From positions 27,480 through 91,479 of the forward strand of contig BTVV01000011.1 of the NCBI GenBank assembly GCA_045863855.1: a stretch of 64,000 nt of DNA, read 5' to 3'. The stretch's first letter is position 1, and each line of letters opens with the position of its first letter. The translations under genes were made by a program, and so were the position numbers. This document shows positions 1 to 10,105 of the stretch, piece by piece. Under the pieces are notes generated by a model. It made no database searches and had not been told where the DNA came from. It worked only from the letters and a program-made list of their open reading frames with translations. This DNA is from Planctomycetota bacterium (GTDB taxonomy: Bacteria > Planctomycetota > SZUA-567 > H5-PLA8).

Positions 1-2
1 TG

Positions 3-293
3 TACGTCGAGAGCCTGGAGCACGCGCACGCGCTGGAGGGGCTGCATCCGTTCACGCGCGCGGGCGTCGAGATGCGCTTTCACTACAAGAAGCCTGGGCT
101 TTGGGCCATTGTGCAGCGGCTTTACAGGCTGCCCGAGGTCTTCGTGATTCCCGACGAGCGCGTGTACGCGGGCTGCCGGAGTTGGGTGCCGCTGAAGGAG
201 AAGCTCGCGACGGCCGGCGCCGTAGCGGTGCTGGACGACGCGGCGTTCGCGGCGCGCTCCGCTCCGATTCTGGACGCCTTGCGCGTATCTTAG
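3..293 (+). CDS. DUF1802-family protein, 5'-truncated by the window edge
   Basis: Frame is open from position 3 (YVESLEHAHALEGLHPF...). Motifs RFHYKKPGLW..V.R.YRL and YAGCRSWV resemble the DUF1802 C-terminus. Confidence 0.7.
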   Translation, partial: YVESLEHAHALEGLHPFTRAGVEMRFHYKKPGLWAIVQRLYRLPEVFVIPDERVYAGCRSWVPLKEKLATAGAVAVLDDAAFAARSAPILDALRVS

Positions 294-417
294 GGATCGA
301 GCGCTATTTCGGCGTGCGATCGGGCTTCCCGCTCGTTCCCTTCGCGCATCGGTTTACGGCATTGACGGGCAACGCGGAATTACAGACCATCGTAGGCCGG
401 TCCCGGGGACAGGCGCC

Positions 418-1503
418 ATGAATAAGAAGGAACTGGCAGCGTATCTGGCGCGGCGCAGCGGATTGGCGGCCAGCGTCTGCGAGGCGCTGCTGACGGAATC
501 GGTGGCCGGGATTCTGGAGACGCTGGCACGCGGCGAGAACGTGCGAATCGACGGATTGGGTACGTTCGGCATGGGCGCGCCCGACGATTCGGGCCGTCGG
601 CTGCGCTTCGAACCGGCGGACGAGGCGCTGCAGGTGCTCAAGCGCGGCTTCGAACGCGTCAGCAAGACCGAGGTGCTGACCGGCGGACCCGAGGCGCGCG
701 CCGAAGCCGAGGACATGCAGCCGGTCTCGCCGGAAGAAGCGGCCAACGAGTTGGAGGCGCTCTTCAACACCGACGTGGATCACTCGCCGCATCCGTACCG
801 CGAATCGGGTTCGGCCCCGGCCGTGGCCGCCAAGGCCGAAGCGCCCGCCGCGGCGCCCGAACTCAAGCCGGCGAAAGCCGAAAGCGCCGACGACGATTCG
901 CCCACCGCCTTGAGTTCCTTCGCGCGGGACGTGCTGGAACTGGGCGCCGAGGAGCTGGCCCGCGGGCTGGGGCTGGCCGCTTCGACCAGTCCGGTGGGCC
1001 AAGGCCGCCGCCTGACCTTTCCGGTGCAGATCAACCCGCAGGCCAAGGAGCACAGCCAGCGGCTTTGGCGGCCGGTGGACGGCGACGAGCGGCGCAGCTT
1101 CAAGGATCTGACGCTCAAGAACTTCTTCCTGAGCCTGGGCAGCGTGGTGCGCGAGAAGGCCACCCGCGAGCCGCTGATCGTCTTCGATGTGGAGGAGGAG
1201 CGCACCGCCGAAGGCGAGCGCTACATCATCAAGCTGCTGCGCGTGGCGGGTTCGCAGCCTCCGCCGCCGGGCGGCGCGGGACCTTCGACGGCTCACCGCT
1301 TCAAGTACATGACCGTGGACTTCGACTGGAACCGCCACGAACCGCTGATGGTGATCGACGAACGGGTCGGGCCGCGCGTGCATGCCTTCGACGTAGGCAC
1401 GTGGCGCGATACCAACCGGCATCAGCGCGCGGAAGTGATATTGGCCACCGAGTACGAGACGTACATCTCGCGGCGCAGCGGGCTCTACAAGACTTCGCCC
1501 TGA
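418..1503 (+). CDS. HU/IHF-like N-terminal domain fused through an acidic Ala/Pro linker to an unknown C-terminal domain
   Basis: MNKKELAAYLARRSGL...LARGENVRIDGLGTF matches the HU fold start. The remaining ~280 aa are not recognised. Confidence 0.8.
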   Translation: MNKKELAAYLARRSGLAASVCEALLTESVAGILETLARGENVRIDGLGTFGMGAPDDSGRRLRFEPADEALQVLKRGFERVSKTEVLTGGPEARAEAEDMQPVSPEEAANELEALFNTDVDHSPHPYRESGSAPAVAAKAEAPAAAPELKPAKAESADDDSPTALSSFARDVLELGAEELARGLGLAASTSPVGQGRRLTFPVQINPQAKEHSQRLWRPVDGDERRSFKDLTLKNFFLSLGSVVREKATREPLIVFDVEEERTAEGERYIIKLLRVAGSQPPPPGGAGPSTAHRFKYMTVDFDWNRHEPLMVIDERVGPRVHAFDVGTWRDTNRHQRAEVILATEYETYISRRSGLYKTSP

Positions 1504-1519
1504 AGCGCCGGACAAGTCC

Positions 1520-3331
1520 TTATTTAGCGGCCTTCTCGAGCTTCTTGCGTTCGGCTTCCATGCGCTTCTTGAGCTGGAGCCATTTGGCGGCGTTGCGCCC
1601 GTACTTCTGTCCGGTGTGGAATTCGAGGAATTCCACGGTGGCCGACGCGAGTCCTTCGTCGTTGCCCTTCAAGAGCGGCGCGAGGTCGGCAATGGCGTCT
1701 TCGAGACTGGCCTTGCCTTCGCGCAGCCCCAGGACGCGCGTCAGCGCCAGGCGCGCGCGTTCGGCCACGGGACCGTCGGGGTGCGCCGAGTGGCGGATCA
1801 GCGTGGGCAGGGCGGCCAATGCTTCGGCGTTGAGCTGCCTGGCGCCCAGGAATTCGAAAAGTTCCAGCGCCTTGCGCAGGACGACGGGCGGCGGTTCCTT
1901 GACCTCGAGCAGGAAGTCGCGGACGGCCTCGCGCCCTTCGACGCGGGGATCGCGCAGGAGCTTCTCGGCGGCATCGGCCGAAAGAATGCGGCGGGTGCGG
2001 TCGAACTCCGCGCAGCTTACACCTTGCGCGCGGCTTTCGATCCAAAGCAAGTCGGCGGCGAGGCCGGCCCAGATTTCGCGGGCCGCCAGCGGACCGATAT
2101 CCCCGGCGATGCGCACGGCGGCGGACTGCACGGCTTCGAGATCGGCCTCCAGGAAGGTGGGGCCGAAGCCGCCTTCGGGCGCCAATCGGACCAGCGCGAC
2201 AATGGCCTCGACGAACTCGAGCCGGCGCTGAACCACAGTGCGCAGCGCCGCGGCTTGGGCCTGCGCTTGGGCCAGTTCCTGGCGGTTAAACTGAATCTGA
2301 TCGACGAGCCGGACTTGGACGGCTTTCTCGTCGGCGCTTTGCTTCGCCAGTTCGTTCAGCTTGGCCTGATACGTCTCCACATTGCGCTGCGTGCGCTGCA
2401 GATCGCCCAGGAGCAGCCGGGAACTGGAGTCCGCGTTGAAACCGAGCTTGGGGCGCCAGTGTTCCTTCCACAACTGATCGAGACCGGCCAGGAGTTCGTT
2501 GGGCGCCGGCGGATTCGCGCCGCCGGGCAGTTCCAGCATCGTAACGAGCCGCCCGTAGAGGCTGCTGGACGCCGCGGGGCCAGCGTCGGCGACACGCAGC
2601 GAGGTGTTTTCTTCGGGTGAGTCGTCGTAGGTGATCGCCTGGACATTTTCGTGGTATAGGAAGCCGCGGAACCAGCGCGAAAGATCCTGCTTGGGGTTGC
2701 GCGCGAGCGCGATCGCCTGCATCGATTCGAGTTTTCCGTTCAGGCCGCCGACGCCGGTCTGGAATCCAAAGAACGAGTCGGGTCCGTTGCGCAAGGCGGG
2801 GCCGGCTTCGGACGGCGTCTGAGGCGCGCCGGTATCGGGCATCCCTTGGGTGGGCGTGGGCGTCTCGGACGCCGGATCGGCAATCTTCAGGCCGGGATCG
2901 ACGGGCGGGTCCGTAGATTCCGGTTCGGGCGGAGGGGGCGTTTCTTCGCGCTCGATTCGGCCGCGCTCGACCTGCCGTCCGGTTTTGGAATCGACTTCGC
3001 CGTACGTGCCGTACTCTTTGCCGTACTTCTTTTTGTATTCCGCCAGTTCTTGCTCGTACTGCCGGTAAGCGGGCGAGGAGGCGTAGCGTTCGACCTCTTT
3101 GTAGCGTGGGTCGGTGGGAGAAACTTTGGAGACCACATACTGAACCGGAGGATGCGAACCGCCGCAGGTGGAATAATAGGCTTCGGCCACACCCGGCGGA
3201 GGCGGGGGCGGCTCGGGCGGCGGTGGGACGCCATCGACGGCCGATGCGGCGGCCGTCGGAGTGCTGGCCAAAAGGGCATAGGCCAAGCCCATACTGGCGC
3301 CGAACCCAAGTCGCATCAAGCCTTTAGGCAT
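1520..3331 (-). CDS. Exported hypothetical protein: signal peptide, Pro-rich N-region, coiled coil, HEAT-like C-terminus
   Basis: ATG at 3331 with AAGGAG RBS. Hydrophobic leader ends in AAA-S; PPPPEPPPPPP tract; heptad-like segment; C-terminal TGQKYGRNAAKW motif like those ending planctomycete HEAT proteins. Confidence 0.7.
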   Translation of the reverse strand: MPKGLMRLGFGASMGLAYALLASTPTAAASAVDGVPPPPEPPPPPPGVAEAYYSTCGGSHPPVQYVVSKVSPTDPRYKEVERYASSPAYRQYEQELAEYKKKYGKEYGTYGEVDSKTGRQVERGRIEREETPPPPEPESTDPPVDPGLKIADPASETPTPTQGMPDTGAPQTPSEAGPALRNGPDSFFGFQTGVGGLNGKLESMQAIALARNPKQDLSRWFRGFLYHENVQAITYDDSPEENTSLRVADAGPAASSSLYGRLVTMLELPGGANPPAPNELLAGLDQLWKEHWRPKLGFNADSSSRLLLGDLQRTQRNVETYQAKLNELAKQSADEKAVQVRLVDQIQFNRQELAQAQAQAAALRTVVQRRLEFVEAIVALVRLAPEGGFGPTFLEADLEAVQSAAVRIAGDIGPLAAREIWAGLAADLLWIESRAQGVSCAEFDRTRRILSADAAEKLLRDPRVEGREAVRDFLLEVKEPPPVVLRKALELFEFLGARQLNAEALAALPTLIRHSAHPDGPVAERARLALTRVLGLREGKASLEDAIADLAPLLKGNDEGLASATVEFLEFHTGQKYGRNAAKWLQLKKRMEAERKKLEKAAK

Positions 3332-3416
3332 TTCTCGACTCCTTGCCGATACCACCTGCGCGGCACAGACGCTAACAAGCTACCGGCTGTTAGCGTGATT
3401 TCTCGCTCCTGTCCGA

Positions 3417-5141
3417 TTACCGCACCTCGGCCCCGGACTTGTAAGGCTTGTCCAACTCCAGGACTTGCTGGTAGCCGACCGTGTACAGGCGGTCCATCTC
3501 GTCCTTGATGCTCCCGCCCACGCGCTTCAAGCGCCGCTCGATCAAATCGTGAATCCCGGCCACCTGCTTGAACTCGTCCCGGCCGAAGAGAATCACGTTC
3601 TCCATCGCCTTGCGCGCGCGGTAGCGGACCCAGTCGTTCTCGTCCTTCAGGAGTTTCACCAGCGCGGGCATGGCGTTGCGGCTTTTCAGGATGCCCAGCG
3701 AGAGCGCCGCTTCGCCAACGACCTCGTACTCGCGGTCGTTGAGCGCCTCGATCAGGCCGGATTCGGTGTCGCCGCCCGGAAAGCGCGCCAGTGCGATGGC
3801 GGCTTTCTGGCGCACGAACGGGCTCGCGTCGCGCAGGGCTTCCAACAGCAATCGGCGGCTGGCCTCCAAGGGCGGATGCGACAACAGTGCGCGAACGATC
3901 TCGGCGCGAATGAAATCGTTCTGCTTGCCCTTCGAGAGCCGGAAGCGTTCGATCAGGAACGGGACCATGCGCGGATCTTTGCGGTAGCCCAAGGCGTTGA
4001 TTGCGTTCATCGCAACGACGGGAAAGGGCGTGGTGCCGATGACCTGATGCAGGCATTTTAGGTCGTCGTCGGTCTGGCATTGGCCCAAGGCGACGGCGGC
4101 ATACGCGAGCGTGCCGATCGCCGCGCGGTCGTGCTGCTGGAGCAACAGGTCGCGCAGGTACTCGGAGCCTTCCTTCTGTTTGCCGAGGTTCATCAGCGCC
4201 ACGGCGGCGTTGGCGCGGCTGAAGGCGGCGCGCCCTTCGTCGCGCATAACTTTTTCCACGCCCGCGGCGGCGCTGCGGTCGTTCAGCCACGAAAGCACCA
4301 GCGCGGTGGTGCCGGCCAAGTCGTCGTCGACCGAATCCAGCAGATCGTGGAGTTCCTGGCCCGTGCCTTCCTTGCGTTGCAGTCCGAAGCCCTGCACGAC
4401 CATGCGGTCCGCCAGGCTATCGTGGTGCGGGGGGGCGAGCTTCAAATACTTCAGCAGCGCCGCGCGCGAACGGTCGTCGGGGATCATGCCCAGCGCCAGC
4501 GCCACCGTGCCGCGGAAGGGGCTTTTTTCCTGCGGGTCGCAGAGCACCTTCTCGAAGCCGGCGATGGAGGGCAGGTCTTTGCGTACGCCTAGCGCCAGCG
4601 CGGCGGCGCGCCGTATGAAGGAAGATTCCTCGGGATCCAGGAATATCTTGCGCAGCGGTTCCAGCGCCTGGTTGCCGGGATCTGAAACCTTGCCCAGCGA
4701 TAAGGCGGCGTTCGCGCGCACGTAGGACCATTCGGGCTGCGCCTTCAACATGGCCGGCGAAACCGGTTTCAGGCACTTCAGGAGGTACGGGATGCTCTGG
4801 TCGTTGATCAGCTTGCCCAGCACGAGACAAGTGTTCCAATGGACAATGGGGAGCTGGTCTTTAAGGCTGCCTTCGTCGGCTGCGGCGACGATGGCCGGGA
4901 TCGCCTGATCGCCCAGCGAGGTCAGGTTGTTGCGGATGCGTTCGGTATCGTCGGGGTTCGCGGCGTAGCGGAGTTTGCGCATCCAGTAGCGTGCGCGTTC
5001 ATGGATCTCTTCGGTGCTGATCGGCGGAAGCGGCGGGCCTTGGCCGGCCGCGCCGGCTTGCAACGGGCTGCCGGCCAGCCCCACCACTAATAAGGCTAGA
5101 ACGAACGGGCCTGGGTTCATGTAAACGGTTCGATCGGACAT
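3417..5141 (-). CDS. Exported HEAT (PBS-lyase-like) repeat protein
   Basis: Repeats VRANAALSLG, IRRAAALALG, FRGTVALALG, SRANAAVAL, VRQKAAIALA, VVGEAALSLG; N-terminal hydrophobic leader. Confidence 0.85.
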   Translation of the reverse strand: MSDRTVYMNPGPFVLALLVVGLAGSPLQAGAAGQGPPLPPISTEEIHERARYWMRKLRYAANPDDTERIRNNLTSLGDQAIPAIVAAADEGSLKDQLPIVHWNTCLVLGKLINDQSIPYLLKCLKPVSPAMLKAQPEWSYVRANAALSLGKVSDPGNQALEPLRKIFLDPEESSFIRRAAALALGVRKDLPSIAGFEKVLCDPQEKSPFRGTVALALGMIPDDRSRAALLKYLKLAPPHHDSLADRMVVQGFGLQRKEGTGQELHDLLDSVDDDLAGTTALVLSWLNDRSAAAGVEKVMRDEGRAAFSRANAAVALMNLGKQKEGSEYLRDLLLQQHDRAAIGTLAYAAVALGQCQTDDDLKCLHQVIGTTPFPVVAMNAINALGYRKDPRMVPFLIERFRLSKGKQNDFIRAEIVRALLSHPPLEASRRLLLEALRDASPFVRQKAAIALARFPGGDTESGLIEALNDREYEVVGEAALSLGILKSRNAMPALVKLLKDENDWVRYRARKAMENVILFGRDEFKQVAGIHDLIERRLKRVGGSIKDEMDRLYTVGYQQVLELDKPYKSGAEVR

Positions 5142-5382
5142 ATTCGCAGCACTCGGTAACCTGGAACTGAGACGACCGATCCGAAGTCCATAGACCGAAC
5201 TAACTCAATAATGATAGACCCAAATTCACATTTTCACACCCTTTCAAGGAAGCTTCGCCCGGCGTGCAAGCCCTGTATGCCGGGCAATTCGTCAATCACG
5301 TTGCAAGTGCGTGCTCGACTGCACGTTAAATCTCGTGTAAAACCCACCTTCTGATCGCTGTGCACTTCGGGGGATCGTCACC

Positions 5383-7716
5383 GTGGCCTTACCTTCGCGC
5401 AGGAATCCCCGTCGGAACGCCGACGGAGGCGCCGCTACGTCTACGGACTCGAACCGGCAGGGCAAGCCTGCACCAGGTGCAAAGCCGGGTTCTCAGCCCG
5501 CTGAGGGCCGAGCTACCCCCGTGGCCAGTCCGGCCGCAGCGCCTAAGGTCACGAGCGTGCGAACCAGCGCGACCAGTTCCCGCGGTTCGAAGTTCGTACG
5601 CAAGGGGCAGGAACCCTCCCGCGCGGGCATTCCCGCCGTCAAGCGCGCCGCCGACGAAGAGCCGAAGCTCGGCGCGGAAGACCTCGTCGAAGCCGAGGAA
5701 CTGGTCGATAAGCTCAACGCCCAATCCGAAGTGGAATCGCTGATCGAGGATCTGCCGGACGAGGAATTGGAGAAGGTCGCTGCGGCGGAAGAGAAGAAGG
5801 AAGCCAAAGCCTCGGCATCGCGGGGCAAGGTGGTCCCGGCTAAGCGCGATAAAGACAAGAAGAGCGCCGTAAGCAAGCCGGCGGCTAAAGAGAAGCCGGA
5901 CGAAGACGAAGAAGCTGAAGAAGACGCGGACGGCGAGGACAGTCCGAGCAGCCGCCGGCAACGCCGCGCCGACCTTTCGAATCGCAAGCTGGCTACCGCT
6001 TCGCGCCGCCTCAAAAAGGAAGACGCGGACGACAAGGAAGAGGACGAAGCAGAGGCGAAAGACAGTGCTTCGAGCCGCCGATCGCGCCGCGCCAGCGCCG
6101 CGGGATCGTCGCGCGGGTCGCGCCGGTCGGTGCGCGAGCAGAAGCCCAGCGGGCCGCTTTTGTCCAAGAAGGCCATGGTGGGTATTGGGGCGGTGGTGGT
6201 GCTGATACTCGGCGGCGCGATCGCCTACAAGCCGGTCATGAAGAGCATGCTCATCTCGAAGCTGGATACGGGCGAAAGCCTGGACGTTCGCAAGAAGGCC
6301 GCCGCGGATCTCTTCGCATGGTTGGGTGCGGGCTCGTTGGGCACTTTTATGGACAGGCTGCGCGGCAGCTACGAAGCCGATACCTATGCAGCGGCAGCCC
6401 ACGGTTTGGAACTGGCCGCGCGCGGCGGGAAGAAGGAAGTGCGCAGCGAGGCGCTCAATTACGTGAAGGAAGTCTTCGCCTCGGCTCCCGATGAAGGCAA
6501 GCTGGCGCTGGTGCAGACGCTTCCCGGCGTGGCCGAATTCTTCGCCGGGCAGACGGACAAGGACGGCAAGTTCACGGCCGAATCGAAGGAAGCGATGCAC
6601 GGGCTGGCCCTCGTCGCGCTCCCGCTGGTGGGGGAGGCCGGGGCGGCCGACACGCCGTTGCGCCTGGCGGCGTTGCAGGCGTCCAGCAAGCTCGTCGCGC
6701 CCGGCGTCTGCGCGAAACTGATCCAGATCGCCAAGACCGAAAAGGGCGAGACGCGCAACCTCTCGCTGGCCGGCATCCCCGCCACCGCGCTGCCCGATGC
6801 CTGCGGCGATCTGCTGCGCAACATGACCGATAAGGAAGACACGGCGCTGGCGAAGGCCTGCGTCCAGGGCTTCAGCAAGGTCCGCGACGAAGCGCCGACG
6901 GGCGATCTGCTGCCCGTGCTGAAGGAAAACGATCCGCAGGTGCGACTCGAGATTATTTCGGCGCTCTCCAAACGCACAGGCGACGCGGCGGCGAAGCAGG
7001 CTGTCCTTGGCGCGCTGAACGATCCGTCGAAGGACGTCCGCGTGGTGGTGGTGAAGACGGTGCCGGCTTTGGGGCTCCCTCCGGAAGCTCTGAAAGCGCT
7101 GGAGCCGCGCATCACCGACGAGTCCGAAGAAGTCCGGCTCGCCACGGCCGAGACCATCAAGGGCTTGGGCGACGACGTGACTTGGGGCTTGCTGCTGGGG
7201 TGCTTCAAGAAAGGACTCTCGGGCAAGACGCTGGCGGCTTTCGCGGACGCATTGGGTTCGCGCGGGCGCTCGTACAACAAGAAAAAGCAGAGCAAGGACC
7301 GCCAGGCGTTGACGATCGGCATGGAACTGCTGTCCAGCCACTCGGATCTGGGCAAGAAGGCGCTGGTGCAACTCACCATGGAAGGCGGCGGCGCCAAGCG
7401 CGAGCAGGAGCGTTCGCAGTGGGATGTGGGGCGCTGGAACGAATGGTATCAACATCTGCAGAAACGCGACCAGCTTGAGGCTCAGGCCATGACGATCCTC
7501 AACGAGGCGCGCCAGTACGCGGACATGAAATTCAAGAGCGAGTTCCCGAAGTGGGGCAAGAAGGCCGAGGAGGGCGTGACGATCCTCGAGAAGGCGGCCG
7601 AAATGTGCGAGCCCGACGATGGCGAGGATAAGTGGCAGTTCGATAAGAAGGTTCAGGAGTACGAGCAGCTCAAGTATCACTTCTTCAAGAATCAGTCGCT
7701 GGATCTGGCGCGCTAG
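5383..7716 (+). CDS. Single-pass membrane HEAT-repeat protein with a long charged, disordered N-terminus
   Basis: About 260 aa K/E/S/R-rich region, TM segment AMVGIGAVVVLILGGAIAY, then HEAT repeats (DPQVRLEIISAL, DVRVVVVKTV, EEVRLATAETI). GTG start is uncertain. Confidence 0.8.
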   Translation: MALPSRRNPRRNADGGAATSTDSNRQGKPAPGAKPGSQPAEGRATPVASPAAAPKVTSVRTSATSSRGSKFVRKGQEPSRAGIPAVKRAADEEPKLGAEDLVEAEELVDKLNAQSEVESLIEDLPDEELEKVAAAEEKKEAKASASRGKVVPAKRDKDKKSAVSKPAAKEKPDEDEEAEEDADGEDSPSSRRQRRADLSNRKLATASRRLKKEDADDKEEDEAEAKDSASSRRSRRASAAGSSRGSRRSVREQKPSGPLLSKKAMVGIGAVVVLILGGAIAYKPVMKSMLISKLDTGESLDVRKKAAADLFAWLGAGSLGTFMDRLRGSYEADTYAAAAHGLELAARGGKKEVRSEALNYVKEVFASAPDEGKLALVQTLPGVAEFFAGQTDKDGKFTAESKEAMHGLALVALPLVGEAGAADTPLRLAALQASSKLVAPGVCAKLIQIAKTEKGETRNLSLAGIPATALPDACGDLLRNMTDKEDTALAKACVQGFSKVRDEAPTGDLLPVLKENDPQVRLEIISALSKRTGDAAAKQAVLGALNDPSKDVRVVVVKTVPALGLPPEALKALEPRITDESEEVRLATAETIKGLGDDVTWGLLLGCFKKGLSGKTLAAFADALGSRGRSYNKKKQSKDRQALTIGMELLSSHSDLGKKALVQLTMEGGGAKREQERSQWDVGRWNEWYQHLQKRDQLEAQAMTILNEARQYADMKFKSEFPKWGKKAEEGVTILEKAAEMCEPDDGEDKWQFDKKVQEYEQLKYHFFKNQSLDLAR

Positions 7717-7911
7717 AATCGCGCGCCGCTGTGCGGATGAGGTGTTGGCGCACATGTGCGTCGTCCTTGCGAATTTCAAGCCTGGTTTCCCCTTCAAATC
7801 GATTGCGACGATTCACGGCTTCGCTAGGATGAGGCCGTGATCCGGATCTTGGAACTAATCAGCCACTGATGGTTGATCCGGATCGGAGTCTTCCAGTAGG
7901 GGAGGTCCGCC

Positions 7912-8124
7912 ATGCCGAGCGGAAAAGTGAAGTGGTTCAACGACCAGAAGGGCTTCGGATTCATTACGCCCGACGACGGTGGCAGGGACCTGTTCGTCCA
8001 CCACACCGCGATCGAAGCCGAAGGATTCCGCACCCTCGCCGAAGGTCAGGCGGTCGAGTATGAAATCGAACAGTCCGACAAGGGCCCCAAGGCCACGAAG
8101 GTACGCTCGTCTTCCGCCCAATAA
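7912..8124 (+). CDS. Cold-shock protein (CspA family)
   Basis: [15 protein letters not shown] (RNP1) and DLFVHHTAI (RNP2); GGAGG RBS. Confidence 0.97.
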   Translation: MPSGKVKWFNDQKGFGFITPDDGGRDLFVHHTAIEAEGFRTLAEGQAVEYEIEQSDKGPKATKVRSSSAQ

Positions 8125-8148
8125 CCCTCATCCCGACCGGACGTCGGC

Positions 8149-8183
8149 ACCGGCGAGGGCGACCCCCTCGCCGGTTTTCTTTT
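8149..8183 (+). terminator. Rho-independent terminator after csp
   Basis: ACCGGCGAGGG/CCCTCGCCGGT stem followed by TTTCTTTT. Confidence 0.8.
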
Positions 8184-8277
8184 GCGAACCGGCAGGAATC
8201 GAACGTCCCTCCTCGGACATGAAGCGGTTAACATGGCGGCTGCGAAGTGGAGCGGGGCTGGACGGGAAGGAGCAGGC

Positions 8278-8913
8278 ATGAAGCGGATGCTGACGCAGTT
8301 CCTGGTGATCTGTTCGGTCGCGATGTTGGCGGCCTGTTCGTCGCAGGAAGCGGCGCCGCCGCGCGCCGAAGCCCCGGCCGAAGTCGCCAAGACCGAAGCC
8401 CCCGCCGCCGATACCCCCAAAAAGGAGTCTGCCGACGTGGCTCAGAAAAACGATCCGGCCGCCGACCCCGAGTGGGCCAAGTGGCGCGCCATCACCGACG
8501 AAGAATGGAAGAAGCGCCTGACGCCCAAGCAATATGAGGTGCTGCGCACGCACGGCACCGAACGCGCCTGCACGGGCGCCTACTGGAACGAGAAGCGCGC
8601 CGGGACGTACGTCTGCGCCGGCTGCGACTTGCCGCTCTTCACGAGCGGGACGAAGTTCGATTCGAAGACGGGCTGGCCAAGCTTCTTCCAGCCGGTCAAC
8701 GCCAAGCACGTCGAACAGGATGTCGATTACAAACTCGGCTATGCGCGGAACGAGGTCCATTGCGCGCGCTGCAAGGGCCACTTGGGCCACGTCTTTACCG
8801 ACGGCCCGCAACCGACGGGTTTGCGCTACTGCATCAATTCCGTCTCGGTGAAGCTGGTGCCCGAAGGCGCCAAGACGGGCGAAGCGGTGGGCGAGGGGAA
8901 GAAGTCGGAGTAG
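8278..8913 (+). CDS. msrB: Peptide-methionine (R)-S-oxide reductase, predicted lipoprotein
   Basis: GTERAC, CAGC and CARC Zn sites, GWPSF, HLGHVF, GLRYCINS; lipobox LAAC after MKRMLTQF; AGGAG RBS. Confidence 0.95.
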   Translation: MKRMLTQFLVICSVAMLAACSSQEAAPPRAEAPAEVAKTEAPAADTPKKESADVAQKNDPAADPEWAKWRAITDEEWKKRLTPKQYEVLRTHGTERACTGAYWNEKRAGTYVCAGCDLPLFTSGTKFDSKTGWPSFFQPVNAKHVEQDVDYKLGYARNEVHCARCKGHLGHVFTDGPQPTGLRYCINSVSVKLVPEGAKTGEAVGEGKKSE

Positions 8914-9014
8914 TCGTTCGACCGGTTCGCCTGTCCCGTACCTCCTATCGTTTAATGCTATGGTGCACGCCGCGAACTTATGTTCGGTCGCGGCGTGCTT
9001 GGTTGCGATTCTCG

Positions 9015-9043
9015 TTGCCTATTGTACTTATGGCCGGTATAAT
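9015..9043 (+). promoter_or_regulatory. Putative sigma-70 promoter of the oxidoreductase gene
   Basis: TTGCCT-N17-TATAAT, ending 24 nt before the ATG at 9067. Confidence 0.65.
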
Positions 9044-9066
9044 AAGCCTTACACGAGGAGATACGC

Positions 9067-10104
9067 ATGTCCGCGCGGATTCGAGTCGGCCAGATCGGGG
9101 TGGGGCACTTTGGCGGGTATCGGCGCCTGAAGATGCGCGAGACGGGGCTTTTCGAGCTGGCCGCCGCGTACGATCTGAACCCGGGGGCGCTCGAACAGGC
9201 GCGCAAGCAGGACGGCGCGCAGCCGGTCGGCTCGTACGAGGAACTGCTCGCCTTTCCGGGCCTCGAAGGGATCGTGATTTCGACGGGCGCGAAGTTCCAC
9301 GCGGAGCATCTGATCGCCGCGCTGCAAGCCGGGAAGCACGTCTTCGTCGAAAAGCCGCTCTGTTCGACCTTGGACGAAGTGCGCGCGATCCGAGCGGCGG
9401 CGGCGGCAAGCGGGCGCGTCGTCGCGGTCGGGCACACCGATCACACGCGCGACGCGGAAACACAGGCGATTAAGAAGCTGATCGAATCCGGCCAGCTGGG
9501 CACGATCGCGACGTTCGAAAAGACCACCGCACACAGCGGCGGGCTGGTCATGCAGCCCGGCGACTGGCGCGCCGATCCGGAAAAAAATCCCGGCGGGATG
9601 CTCTTCCAGTGCGGCGTCCACGGCGTTCACGAACTGCGCTACCTGTTCGGGCCGGTCACGCATGTCTCCGCGATGATGCGCTACGACGCGAACCCCGCCA
9701 CGGGCACGGCGGATGTGGCGATCTGCCACCTGCGCTTCGCGTCGGGCCTGATCGGCTCGCTGCACGCGTACCACGTGACCCCCTACCGGCACACCTTCAG
9801 CGTCTTCGGGACCCAAGGCAACGTGTACCGCGACGCGCGCTCGTTCGACGAAGGCACGCGGCTGTGGCTGCAGGAGACGAAACTCGATCACGCGAAGGAG
9901 CCGCAGATTCCGGTTCCGCTCGAAGGCGCCGACGACGAATGCGGGAATTTGAAAAGCTGGGCGCATGCGATCCGCGAAGGCGGGACGCCGTATCCGAGCT
10001 TGGAAGACGGTATCGAAGCGTTGGCGGTGGTATTGGCCGCCGACGAGAGTGCGCGGACGGGGCGAGTCGTGGCTGTGCGGGAATTCATAAGCAGTAGTGA
10101 GTAA
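9067..10104 (+). CDS. Gfo/Idh/MocA family NAD(P)-dependent oxidoreductase
   Basis: IGVGHFG Rossmann motif, AGKHVFVEKP, GGMLFQCGVH; GAGGAG RBS. Confidence 0.92.
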   Translation: MSARIRVGQIGVGHFGGYRRLKMRETGLFELAAAYDLNPGALEQARKQDGAQPVGSYEELLAFPGLEGIVISTGAKFHAEHLIAALQAGKHVFVEKPLCSTLDEVRAIRAAAAASGRVVAVGHTDHTRDAETQAIKKLIESGQLGTIATFEKTTAHSGGLVMQPGDWRADPEKNPGGMLFQCGVHGVHELRYLFGPVTHVSAMMRYDANPATGTADVAICHLRFASGLIGSLHAYHVTPYRHTFSVFGTQGNVYRDARSFDEGTRLWLQETKLDHAKEPQIPVPLEGADDECGNLKSWAHAIREGGTPYPSLEDGIEALAVVLAADESARTGRVVAVREFISSSE

Positions 10105-10105
10105 C

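Noticed and set aside
5389..7797. 802-aa antisense ORF, and similar long shadows such as 304-1515, 27070-29058, 31461-33041 and 45847-47454
   Set aside because: They are stop-poor opposite frames typical of high-GC genes, show no motifs, and fully overlap better-supported CDSs.
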